Source: a virus (lineage: Duplodnaviria; Caudoviricetes). From it: a stretch of 51,142 nucleotides of DNA. Position 1 is the stretch's first letter, and each line of letters begins with the position of its first letter. The stretch is taken from the IMG/VR virus record IMGVR_UViG_3300048599_000771, positions 1 through 51,142 of that record, one strand, 5' to 3'. This document shows, piece by piece, positions 1-8,897 of the stretch. The translations under genes were made by a program, and so were the position numbers. The notes under the pieces are model-generated. The model made no database searches, was not told where the DNA came from, and saw nothing but the letters and a program-made list of their open reading frames with translations.

Positions 1-1
1 C

Positions 2-151
2 TCATTCACCTCCAGCAATGATTGTAGCCAGTTCAATCAAAGCCGCCTCAATGCTGTTTTTCCAATCATCCTCCGGCATCTGCTCCAACGGGCTGGGCTC
101 ATCAACAGGTTCTACCCATACGCCGTCGATCATGCGATACTCAGGCTCCAT
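2..151 (-). CDS. Small phage protein following tail fibre (49 aa)
   Basis: Read by eye: MEPEYRMIDGVWVEP...IEAALIELATIIAGGE*, GGAGG RBS upstream; typical of small ORFs after Firmicutes tail fibres. Confidence 0.55.
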   Translation of the reverse strand: MEPEYRMIDGVWVEPVDEPSPLEQMPEDDWKNSIEAALIELATIIAGGE

Positions 152-164
152 GTCTTATCCCTCC

Positions 165-3100
165 TTATTGGTAAGTCACGCTCAACACAGCGTCCTTGTC
201 CCACCGGGCGTAGTTCGTGCTATAATCTTTGCCGCTGGCCACACCGCTCTCAGCCGTGTAAAGGCCAATTGCCTTGTACGTCCCCGCGATCAGCGCTTGC
301 ACAACGCTTATGGGCAGTGTCATCTCCAGCGTCTGACCAGCACTCACTGAGCCAATGTTGGCGATGTAGTCGCCCCGTAACAGGCTGCCGCTAGCGCCGG
401 TATTGCTGATTGGATAGATACGCACGGGCACACCGCCTGACCGTCCATAGCTACTGTATCGGTGCAGCGTCAGGGATGCGGACAGGATCGTTTTACCGGA
501 CAAAGTCGACAAGTCAAACCATAGGCAAGTGGTGCAGCGGCCTTTGGCATTGGTATAGCCCTGATAGAGCGCCCCAGTCCAGCCGGATTCCGTCATGTAG
601 CAGCCGGATGTGGACAGCGATAGGTCCGTCGACACCGGACTGGTGCTTCCAGTGCTCGTCGATCCTCTGAACGCTGTGCGCGTTCCCAGTGAGTATGCCG
701 CTGTGCCGATAGAGGTATTGATGGCCACGGTACTGCTGGCGCACACAGGCGCAGTACCACTCCAGTAGATGGCACCACCCCAGACATCCATTAGGATAGC
801 GCTCGATGACAGGTCACCAATCGCGTTAATAACCGTGATCCTCCCACCGTAGCGAACCATAAGGGCTGTGCAGGCGACGCCCGTAGCGTTAACCAAAGCG
901 CAATTGTTCAGGTAGACCGATGCGTTCTGATCAGACCTGAGTAGTGTGCCGCCATAGGTTCCCGTATCCTCCAGCACACAACGCGTATATTCCAAGAACG
1001 TGCACCGGGAGATGTACGATACAAATCCTTGGCTCGCCGTCAGCGAGTTTCGTATGCGCAGATTCTGGATCGTGAGCCGGACCGTGCAATCCTGAGCGTA
1101 GAATAGACCAGTGTGCCGTGGCATGGAGTCGGATGGCGCTGTGTAAGTGCCCACACCGGTAATCGTTAGGTTTGCACCTGATATCCCACTGAGCACTATG
1201 TCGCTGTACTCATCGATGGATGCGTCAATCGTAACTGTCACGTTCTTAGGCAGCCACTTCCTATTCAGCGCCGTGACCAGCTGCGCCAGTGTCCTGAACG
1301 CCGTACCAGCCGTGATCTCCGCGTCCGTCGCGTTTGCTCGGACGGCGATGCTCGTCGGTCCAATATACGCCGGCATGATGCATGGCGATGCGAGCACAGG
1401 GATTGAAGCGGTTCCATCCTCGACCACCAGCGCGTCGTTGTCTGGGTTGCCGTCATTGCCAACCGAGAACTTGTCAGTCTGCACACGGATGTAGTCTTCG
1501 GTGATCTGGATATTGGAACCGATAATTGAGTTGGCGAGCCGCTGCCAGCCGCTGCCGGTGTAAGTCACACTGATGGATTCACCGTCAGTGGTGACGATAT
1601 TCGTGCCGTCGATTCCGGAGTGTTTTGTGCCAGGTCCAGTCGTGGTTACCGGGGTTGTAAGCTCTGCTACAACTTGGATCGGTGCACCGGCGGCCTTGAA
1701 AGCCGCGAGATATGCCTTAAACGCAGCGATTTTTTGCACGCTCGTCCATTCATCTGACCACCCTGAGAGCCGTGACTTCAGTATATAGATGAAGATCTGG
1801 TTGGCATCCACGTGGCCCTCGATTGCCTCCACGGTCGTCGCGCCGTAGAGCGGCGGGTACTGCCATGGCAGGCGGCTGCACAATCCATTGGCCCCAGTTT
1901 TTATCCCAGAAATGGTCAGGCCAAAACGCGCCAGCGTGGCCAGCGCCGGTTGCCCGGGGAAACCCCAGTTCTCTGTGCCATCCAGCTCTACATACAACGT
2001 GCTGTTAGTTTCCGTGCCGCCGCTCCCCACACAATCCATCGCGGTATCGACGCCGTATTTTGTCGATCGCAGCGGGATTGTTACGCGCTGCTCCGTATAC
2101 TGTACATAGCTAGTTGCCGTTGATCCGGATTCGAGTTGCAGGTGGATTGTCGTGTCGATCGTGACGCCCGAGTCCATCGCAACGTTGATCCAGGAGATTT
2201 TGGTTGCGGCTGTCAGTGTGCGTGTGACTGTGTTCTCGGACCACAACGTCGAGCCAGGTGATCCCAGCCGCACCTTGACTCGAGAATCAGTTTGCGTAAG
2301 CGTATACGTTCCCGCCGGAAGCCAAAATAGCGCTTTACTCCCGAAAAATGATCCGAGAAGCGACGTATTGATTGCTGCTGAGGAAGTTCCGGTTACCCGG
2401 ATCGACCCGTCTGTCTGTGGCGTAAACGTAACTCCATTCACCAATACAGCTGTCTCGGGCGGATTGATCAGATTCCTGGTCATTGGAACAATTGAGCTTA
2501 CTTCATTGTACCCCGAGATCGCGTATGGCGTTGTGAGTGAGGGCGTCCGCGCATCCTGCTTAGCAGTCATACCGACCCATATACCAATATCGTGGATATT
2601 GGACATGTCGATAATCTCGACCGCACCACCTGACTTTACCGCGGAATAGCGTCGCTGTGTGGGGTTGATCCCGCCGCCTGTCCACTGCAGCGCTTCGTTT
2701 GGCGTGACGCCGGTGTAGATAATCGTCTGCCCAGTGACGGGATCAGATGGGAGTGCCATGTAACGCAGGATCGCGTTGCTTTGAATACTCTCAATGACAC
2801 CAGCGTCCGCGATAAGCGTCCCCGCGTTGATGATGCCCGTCGTAATCTTGGCGATGATCGCGCTATCGCCGAAAATTTGATCAGCATTAAGCTCCTGCGT
2901 AGTGATCGAATTCTCGATAATATGCCGTCCTCCGATTGAGTTGTCCGCAATGTTGTCACCAGACATCTTGACCTCAGTTGTGACGATCTCTCCCTGCGTG
3001 TTGACCGAGACCCGGTAGTATCTACCGTCGTCTCCCCGCACCACCAGCGTGCCCACTGTAAGGTTGACCATGTTGGCTTCGGTCACAGCCAGACGACTGA

Positions 3101-4022
3101 TGTACAGTTTCTCGGCGGTGCCCCGCGTGATGATCGCGGTATCGGTGAGCAGGTCCTTAATATTTGCGTAGTCAATATTAGCGCTACCAATCTGTGCGTC
3201 CGCGATGCTGGCCAGCGCGGTCCGCAACTCGTCGGTGGTGACCGATCCAGCTACGGCCTCGTCGACGCGCAGTTTGACCACATTCGCCAGCGCGGTGTAC
3301 AACGCATCCGCATTGATCGTCTCCGCGGTGATCTGCTGCACTCGGAGCGCCACGATATCTGCGATGGCCGCGTACAGCGTGTCCGTGGTGACTGCCCCGG
3401 CCACGATCTCGTTGATCTTGGCCGTTAGCGCTTCGATGGAGCCGGCCTTAAACTTTTCAACAAACAGGTCATTCAAAAACAGCTCTTCGGTATCGATGTT
3501 CGCAGAGATCAGCTGATTTAGCAGCGGGGAGTCGCTGAACAGGTCGCTCAGGTCGACTTCCCGTGACGTAATCGACCCCTCCGCCAGTTTGGACGCGCTA
3601 ATGCTTCCGTCCTCAATGTTGTCCTCCCCGATCATGAATGGCTGCTCCGTCACTTCCCCTTCCTTGTCCACCGTCACCGTGAAGAGGTTGCCATCCTCGT
3701 CTCGGACCACCATTTCTCCGATATCCGTCTGTGGAAGGTTCTGATCCGTCACCATCAGCCGCGGGAAGAGGATTGACTCGTCACTGACCTCCTCCGAATC
3801 TTCCTCGGTCGGCTGATCCTCAGCGTCTCCGCCTTCCGCGCTGTACGATCCTGCCGTCCTGAAGATCGCCACGTCATTGTCGACGATTTGGCTGATATCG
3901 ACGGGATCACCCGCAAACAGCTGTAATCGGATTCTCATTCCTTCCGCCCGATCCTCCTCGGGCGGCTCCCCCTGACCATTTACGATCAACGGACATTTGG
4001 TTCTCACCACGTTGGTCTCCAT
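165..4022 (-). CDS. Phage tail fibre/receptor-binding-like protein (1285 aa)
   Basis: Repeats of the IxxGSIxxxKL/ITAETINAD tail-shaft type, central beta-rich modules, beta-helix-like region, C-terminal 'WFDLSTLSGKTILSASLTL' carbohydrate-binding-like domain. Confidence 0.7.
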   Translation of the reverse strand: METNVVRTKCPLIVNGQGEPPEEDRAEGMRIRLQLFAGDPVDISQIVDNDVAIFRTAGSYSAEGGDAEDQPTEEDSEEVSDESILFPRLMVTDQNLPQTDIGEMVVRDEDGNLFTVTVDKEGEVTEQPFMIGEDNIEDGSISASKLAEGSITSREVDLSDLFSDSPLLNQLISANIDTEELFLNDLFVEKFKAGSIEALTAKINEIVAGAVTTDTLYAAIADIVALRVQQITAETINADALYTALANVVKLRVDEAVAGSVTTDELRTALASIADAQIGSANIDYANIKDLLTDTAIITRGTAEKLYISRLAVTEANMVNLTVGTLVVRGDDGRYYRVSVNTQGEIVTTEVKMSGDNIADNSIGGRHIIENSITTQELNADQIFGDSAIIAKITTGIINAGTLIADAGVIESIQSNAILRYMALPSDPVTGQTIIYTGVTPNEALQWTGGGINPTQRRYSAVKSGGAVEIIDMSNIHDIGIWVGMTAKQDARTPSLTTPYAISGYNEVSSIVPMTRNLINPPETAVLVNGVTFTPQTDGSIRVTGTSSAAINTSLLGSFFGSKALFWLPAGTYTLTQTDSRVKVRLGSPGSTLWSENTVTRTLTAATKISWINVAMDSGVTIDTTIHLQLESGSTATSYVQYTEQRVTIPLRSTKYGVDTAMDCVGSGGTETNSTLYVELDGTENWGFPGQPALATLARFGLTISGIKTGANGLCSRLPWQYPPLYGATTVEAIEGHVDANQIFIYILKSRLSGWSDEWTSVQKIAAFKAYLAAFKAAGAPIQVVAELTTPVTTTGPGTKHSGIDGTNIVTTDGESISVTYTGSGWQRLANSIIGSNIQITEDYIRVQTDKFSVGNDGNPDNDALVVEDGTASIPVLASPCIMPAYIGPTSIAVRANATDAEITAGTAFRTLAQLVTALNRKWLPKNVTVTIDASIDEYSDIVLSGISGANLTITGVGTYTAPSDSMPRHTGLFYAQDCTVRLTIQNLRIRNSLTASQGFVSYISRCTFLEYTRCVLEDTGTYGGTLLRSDQNASVYLNNCALVNATGVACTALMVRYGGRITVINAIGDLSSSAILMDVWGGAIYWSGTAPVCASSTVAINTSIGTAAYSLGTRTAFRGSTSTGSTSPVSTDLSLSTSGCYMTESGWTGALYQGYTNAKGRCTTCLWFDLSTLSGKTILSASLTLHRYSSYGRSGGVPVRIYPISNTGASGSLLRGDYIANIGSVSAGQTLEMTLPISVVQALIAGTYKAIGLYTAESGVASGKDYSTNYARWDKDAVLSVTYQ

Positions 4023-4184
4023 CTTGTCCTCTCCTTTTTGTCGTTCGGGTTTTCTTTTCTGATGTAACTTCTGATTCCTTTGTTTTGACCGGCGCCGGTC
4101 TATATGTCATCGTCTCCGGTCGTTTATCCGTGAGACGTTGCTTTGGAGAGCATCCACTTCATGGGGCGAGCATATGCGAATACG

Positions 4185-4550
4185 CTATGCCGGCAGTGCC
4201 TGTGCCTCGCCATCCTTAAACGCGTCCGGTTCAAAGCCGGGCTGAATCTTTGCGGGAAGGAAGAGCTCGTCCACCGCCACCTCCACCGAGACGACCGGGA
4301 TGCCGCCGGCCTGAAACACTCGCTGCGTCAGATAGCCCTCCAGGGCGATCTTCATGCCCTTCGCCAGGCGCTCTCTGCTAAACTCCGCGTTCGCGTTCCA
4401 CGCGTTGATCCGGTACAGTTCCTTCTTCACGATGTTCGCGCTGGTCTTGTGGCGGACGGAGAGCGAGAATACCGTGTGCGCCGCCTGGCCCTCTCCGTTG
4501 ACCTGCCTGGGATCATCCGAAACAATGCCCGAAAGATACACCTTGTTCAT
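4185..4550 (-). CDS. ssb: Single-stranded DNA-binding protein
   Basis: MNKVYLSG...FSLSV...INAWN...LAKGMKIALEGYL OB-fold pattern; lacks the canonical acidic DDLPF tail. Confidence 0.8.
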   Translation of the reverse strand: MNKVYLSGIVSDDPRQVNGEGQAAHTVFSLSVRHKTSANIVKKELYRINAWNANAEFSRERLAKGMKIALEGYLTQRVFQAGGIPVVSVEVAVDELFLPAKIQPGFEPDAFKDGEAQALPA

Positions 4551-4692
4551 TGTGTTGTTTCCTCCTTAAATCATCCTGCTTCCAATCTTCGATGCGCAGC
4601 AACTTTTTGTGATAACCACAGATGTTGCCTCAGGGCACAGAGGATGCATTCCAAGCTTTCATAGTCAAATCACCTCCCATCTTTTTGTTTGT

Positions 4693-5100
4693 TCAGCCTG
4701 CCGTCCGCATTGGTGCGTACCCTGCGGGCAACGCCCTGTATTGCCAGCCCGTGAGTACTCGGGCGAGGAACGTCCGCCAACCTCGCATGACCACCTGCCA
4801 TGAGAACACCGGTCGGTAGACCTCTCTTCCTTCGCGTCGCCAGACGCGCAGGATGTGCCAGATGCCGTCAAGCTTGCGTATCAGTACGTTGATCCGATCG
4901 TCGAACCTCAGCGCCTGCCCCTCCGTATCCAGCTTCCGCCCCGCTTTCTCGTGGCAGAGGATGTACCGGGCGAGCTCGTCCTGAACGTCGGACATGGAAG
5001 GCCCGCCGTGGCGTCTTGTAATTTTGTGCAGCTGCCTCTCACTCTCCCGCGTTGGGATGATGGCTGCACTGGCAGAATTGATTTCACCCACCGGCTTCAT
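4693..5100 (-). CDS. Hypothetical protein
   Basis: 135-aa ORF with GAGGAGG RBS in the leftward operon. Confidence 0.55.
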   Translation of the reverse strand: MKPVGEINSASAAIIPTRESERQLHKITRRHGGPSMSDVQDELARYILCHEKAGRKLDTEGQALRFDDRINVLIRKLDGIWHILRVWRREGREVYRPVFSWQVVMRGWRTFLARVLTGWQYRALPAGYAPMRTAG

Positions 5101-5198
5101 ATCTTTTGTCCTCCTCGCTCGCCCGGTTCGGGCCTCGCTTCAAGGGGAATTATTTATCCCCTCATATTTCAGCCGGTGAAAAACACGAATCCGTACCG

Positions 5199-5678
5199 CT
5201 AAATTGCTGTTTCACCAATACTTAACATTATTTTCTTTAGCCGCTTCCTTACCGCTGCTTCGCTTACACCTTCTTCACGTGCAATGGAAGCAAAGGATTC
5301 TCCTCGTACTGTTATCTGAATCAGCAACTTCATTTGGCCAGGCGTGAGCTGTTTGAGGATCTGGCGCAGCATCTTTCGCTGCATTTCCCACTCGATCCGC
5401 ACAACCATCCGCTCCGCGGGATCACCGGACATATCCTTAAGGACTTCACTGTGATCATCCATCTCTTCGCAAAGGGCCTCCAGGCTAACCACTAAGTCCT
5501 CCCCGTGACGCATGCTGCTTCGCTCTTCCCGATGCCATACCTTCAGCCTTGCGATCCACTCCTCTGTCACCCCGTCCTGTCCCGCAACCAGTGTTACCTC
5601 CGTCCCATCATCCTGCCAGTAAGTGTAGCTGGCATTGTCCTTCCTGTACGCGTTGATAAATGCATGAAACCTGGCCAT
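5199..5678 (-). CDS. Sigma-70 region-4/ECF-like HTH protein
   Basis: C-terminal 'LTPGQMKLL...SFASIAREEGVSEAAVRKRLKKI'. Confidence 0.75.
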   Translation of the reverse strand: MARFHAFINAYRKDNASYTYWQDDGTEVTLVAGQDGVTEEWIARLKVWHREERSSMRHGEDLVVSLEALCEEMDDHSEVLKDMSGDPAERMVVRIEWEMQRKMLRQILKQLTPGQMKLLIQITVRGESFASIAREEGVSEAAVRKRLKKIMLSIGETAI

Positions 5679-5710
5679 CTGCCGCTCCTTTCGGAGCCGG
5701 ACAAATAGCC

Positions 5711-5759
5711 AAAAAGAAACGAGCCTGACTCATAACTTTATTAGCTACTTGTCAGGCTC
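5711..5759 (-). terminator. Intrinsic terminator/attenuator before the sigma-like gene
   Basis: GAGCCTGAC...GTCAGGCTC stem followed by GTTTCTTTTT on the minus strand. Confidence 0.5.
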
Positions 5760-6010
5760 ATCTGTCATCTGGATCACGGGCTCGTCCCGTGGATGCATTG
5801 GGCTCTGTACGATTTACAATTCTTTGTTATTCAGTTTTCTTGCCGGCCGCCGTTTTTCTCGCTGAATCACGTCAGGGCAGCATCAATACAAGCTCATGGA
5901 ATATCCATAAACAGCAAAATAACCCTATCGACCTGTCAACATGAAAACTTGCGCCAAGCGGGGGAGAGGACGCTCATATCTCTCCATCAACGTATACACC
6001 TGTTCGGGGG

Positions 6011-6313
6011 TTAGCCGTCGATCATCTCGACCGCATCATTCATCGGTTTACCGTAAGTGGGGACAACTTCTGCTAATCCATCTTCGTCCGTCTGCTCATG
6101 GGTTCGATTCGCTTCCGTTTCCTTCACCCCCAGCAGATGCTTACACCGCCAGCACTTAATGATGTAATCTGGCGGCTCCGTTGGTTCGTCCGTGCTCACC
6201 ATCACCTCAGTACCATATGCGGCGTCCAATATGCGCCCTCCGCAGCATGGGCACCGCACCGCCATCAGCCGTTGTTCTTTTCCTTCCTGCGCAATGAATA
6301 CATGCAACTTCAC
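6011..6313 (-). CDS. Small Zn-ribbon protein (Com-like CxxC..CxxC)
   Basis: RCPCCGGRILDA...YIIKCWRCKHLL. Confidence 0.6.
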   Translation of the reverse strand: MKLHVFIAQEGKEQRLMAVRCPCCGGRILDAAYGTEVMVSTDEPTEPPDYIIKCWRCKHLLGVKETEANRTHEQTDEDGLAEVVPTYGKPMNDAVEMIDG

Positions 6314-6366
6314 TCACCCGCTTTCCATGTCCCACGGTTGCGCTTGACGAGACCTTTGCCTCTTCT

Positions 6367-7101
6367 TCAGTCTCCGGCAGCGCCCTGTCTTCCAAACCCA
6401 AGCCCGCGCAGGCGGCTCTCAGCCGCTTTGTCTGATACATGAAATATGGGTGACAGTTCCACCGCCGCCATTCCGAGTGCAGTAGATTCGATCATCCCTC
6501 GCCCTACTCGATATCGATAGTACTCCTCCATTTCATTTCCACGAATGCAGGCGCGTACCGCGTCGATCGGCATCAGAAGGCACGAGGCCAGGTAGTTCGC
6601 CTGCCATTCCATTCGATCAAGGTCTGTCCACGCTTTTTCTGGGTCTCGAATGTCACCAATCAATGCCGTTCTTCTGCATGCAACCGCGTCCGGGTTTTGA
6701 CGGAAGTATGGCCGGTGAAGCACCTGATGCGCGCATTCGTGCATCAGGGTGAAACGCATCATGGGCTCCCGCGAGAGTTCCTGAAGCGACGCGTCCAACA
6801 GTACCGTGCCCAAAGTGTACTCCCTGCGAATCGGCTTGCCTTTCCCAGGGTCGTACAGTATGACGTTCTGGCGTTCGTCCAGAATCGCCGCGCCCAGATA
6901 GCATCCGTTGTTGGACAGCCATTGATATTCCACGTCGAGCTTCAGGTATCCGGTCGCGAAGTTTTCGGCCTGAAGAGGCTCTTCACCGGATAGAATGGAC
7001 GGCTGGAAATCCCGCGCCATTGCCTGTCCAAGCTCTTCCAAGTCAATCTTTGAAAGCACCGGCATGCCGCTTCGAGTTATACTGAACGTTGGCTTGATCA
7101 T
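6367..7101 (-). CDS. ImmA/IrrE-family metallopeptidase (anti-repressor)
   Basis: RFTLMHECAH (HExxH) and EWQANYLASCLLMP; ATGA overlap with upstream HTH gene. Confidence 0.9.
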   Translation of the reverse strand: MIKPTFSITRSGMPVLSKIDLEELGQAMARDFQPSILSGEEPLQAENFATGYLKLDVEYQWLSNNGCYLGAAILDERQNVILYDPGKGKPIRREYTLGTVLLDASLQELSREPMMRFTLMHECAHQVLHRPYFRQNPDAVACRRTALIGDIRDPEKAWTDLDRMEWQANYLASCLLMPIDAVRACIRGNEMEEYYRYRVGRGMIESTALGMAAVELSPIFHVSDKAAESRLRGLGFGRQGAAGD

Positions 7102-7460
7102 TCTTTGCCCTCCAACTGGTGGATAAAGCGGAGCCACTCAGCTTCACCGGCGCCCGCGCTGTTTGCCCGGCGCAGCGCCATCCGAACCACATCGTTCTCC
7201 CGAATGTAGGGGGATACGTCCGCCGGCACCTCACCGCGATACTCTCCGGCCAGGTCATAGTAATGATCGCGCTCTTCTCCCTGCAACCCCAGCGCGTCCG
7301 CCATCCTGCCAAGCAGCGGCTCCTCCGGCGGCCAGCGCCTGTCCTTCTCCATATCGCATAGATTCGGTGCGCCGATTCCCAGATCTGCCGCAAACCCTCG
7401 AAGGCCCAATCCCTGTTCGGTCCGCTTGCGCGCGATATACGCGCCAAAGGTCTCCTTCAA
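7098..7460 (-). CDS. XRE-family HTH repressor (ImmR-like)
   Basis: TFGAYIARKRTEQGLGLRGFAADLGIGAPNLCDMEKDRR; GGAGG RBS. Confidence 0.88.
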   Translation of the reverse strand: MKETFGAYIARKRTEQGLGLRGFAADLGIGAPNLCDMEKDRRWPPEEPLLGRMADALGLQGEERDHYYDLAGEYRGEVPADVSPYIRENDVVRMALRRANSAGAGEAEWLRFIHQLEGKE

Positions 7461-7478
7461 CCCGCTTCACCTCCAATT

Positions 7479-7492
7479 AGAACATTAGTTCG
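7479..7492. promoter_or_regulatory. Firmicutes LexA/DinR SOS box-like site
   Basis: GAAC-ATTA-GTTC (minus strand CGAACTAATGTTCT), between the leftward -10 and the HTH RBS. Confidence 0.65.
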
Positions 7493-7509
7493 TTCTCTAA
7501 TGTGGGAAC

Positions 7510-7538
7510 ATTATAGCTCGTGTGCCTGCCTTTGTCAA
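7510..7538 (-). promoter_or_regulatory. Consensus sigma-A promoter for the HTH-ImmA operon
   Basis: Minus strand TTGACA-17-TATAAT. Confidence 0.85.
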
Positions 7539-8046
7539 TGAGATAATCGCAGCGCAAGATCGATTTAACGGCATGTTCGTTGAGCCGGTTGCCGCTTAAG
7601 TCAACACGATGATTTAGACAGTAGAGGGTAATAGAAAAGACGCCCGGCAGAGCCAGACGTCCGGGAGAACTATTCTATTTTCGTCCCCTTACTATCTCGT
7701 AATTATACTATAACACATTTCCCATAATGCTGTAAAGGTCCAAAACCGCATCATTTTGGCATCAAATTGTAATATTTCGGGAACATTTCCGGCTTGTTTC
7801 GGATCAAATTGGATAATAGTAGCATTATTTCCGGCTTGATTCGGTTCGGATTTGGCACAAGACGGCTCGGTTTGGTATCAAAATGGGTTCAAAATGGTCC
7901 GTTTATATACTGGAGCAAGGTCATTATGGATCGGCACATACCATGAACGATTCGCTTCCGCATGCTCGGTTCGCCTTAACAAGGGGCAACAGATGGTAAT
8001 CCTTCATTTGATTCCAATAAACAGAGCGATGATCGGGAGGTATGCA

Positions 8047-8604
8047 ATGAACAACGACGCTCAATTACTGCTACGGAACCATAAGTTGGTAGAATCTAGG
8101 CGCTCCGCAATCCGGGCAAAACTCGTGAAGGCTGAAACGCTCAGGAACCAGCTGAGCGACGAGATGATTCAGTCCATGACCCTTGAGCGTCGCCCGCTAG
8201 ACGAGCTGCCTGCCGCGAGCGGCAATGGCAGCCGGACGGAATACGTGGCGCTCCATTATCAGGAACATCTTATAGAGGAACAACAAGAGCGTGAGCGGGA
8301 AATCAGTTGGCTTCGGGCTGAAATGGCTGAAGTCGAAGAAAAAGTCGCCCTGTATGACGCAGTTATGGGATCATTAAGTGAAGCGGAGGTTTTTCTGGTG
8401 CGGCTTCACTACGACGAAGCACTCTCTTTCCCGAGAATCGCGGAGATGAATACACTGTCTGACATCCCATGGATACAGTCCGTCAGCACCATGAAGCGGA
8501 TGAATGCCAATATACTCCGCAAGGTGAATGAAGTACTTGGACCTTCTTTACCGGCATCCGCTGTAGGGTTCAATTGGGGCGGAGAACGGGGGATCGAGGC
8601 ATAA
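8047..8604 (+). CDS. Sigma-r4/ArpU-RinA-like phage transcriptional regulator
   Basis: Coiled coil followed by 'LSEAEVFLVRLHYDEALSFPRIAE' HTH; GGGAGG RBS before ATG 8047. Confidence 0.65.
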   Translation: MNNDAQLLLRNHKLVESRRSAIRAKLVKAETLRNQLSDEMIQSMTLERRPLDELPAASGNGSRTEYVALHYQEHLIEEQQEREREISWLRAEMAEVEEKVALYDAVMGSLSEAEVFLVRLHYDEALSFPRIAEMNTLSDIPWIQSVSTMKRMNANILRKVNEVLGPSLPASAVGFNWGGERGIEA

Positions 8605-8763
8605 TACCAATGCGAAATATTAAAGCATCCAAAGCGACGAGGGATTTTCGATGCAGAGCAAGGAGCCGGAGCGAGGCGTAGCAGCGCTACGGTGAGCGGA
8701 AAGTGACGCAGCTGTGCGCGAAAAGACCCGGCGCGTCGATGCGTTAATGTTTCAAATTGGTAT
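8604..8763. repeat. ~160-bp palindromic MITE/REP-like element
   Basis: Imperfect terminal inverted repeats: ATACCAATGCGAAATATTAAAGCATC versus the reverse complement of the right end, ATACCAATTTGAAACATTAACGCATC; nested internal hairpins. Confidence 0.65.
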
Positions 8764-8897
8764 AAGCAAGCCACGAAGATTCCGGGCTCACTTTGAACCC
8801 GTTTCCCGTCGTGATTAATTCACATGATTTCGCGGTCCGGGAACGGGTGCTCCCTGGCCATTCTTTTTCAAAACTAAAGTAATAAAAGGGCGATTCA

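Noticed and set aside
165-4022. Invertible tail-fibre switch with the 38-43 kb tail genes
   Set aside because: No shared inverted crossover sites or Gin/Cin-type invertase recognised; the genes are more than 34 kb apart
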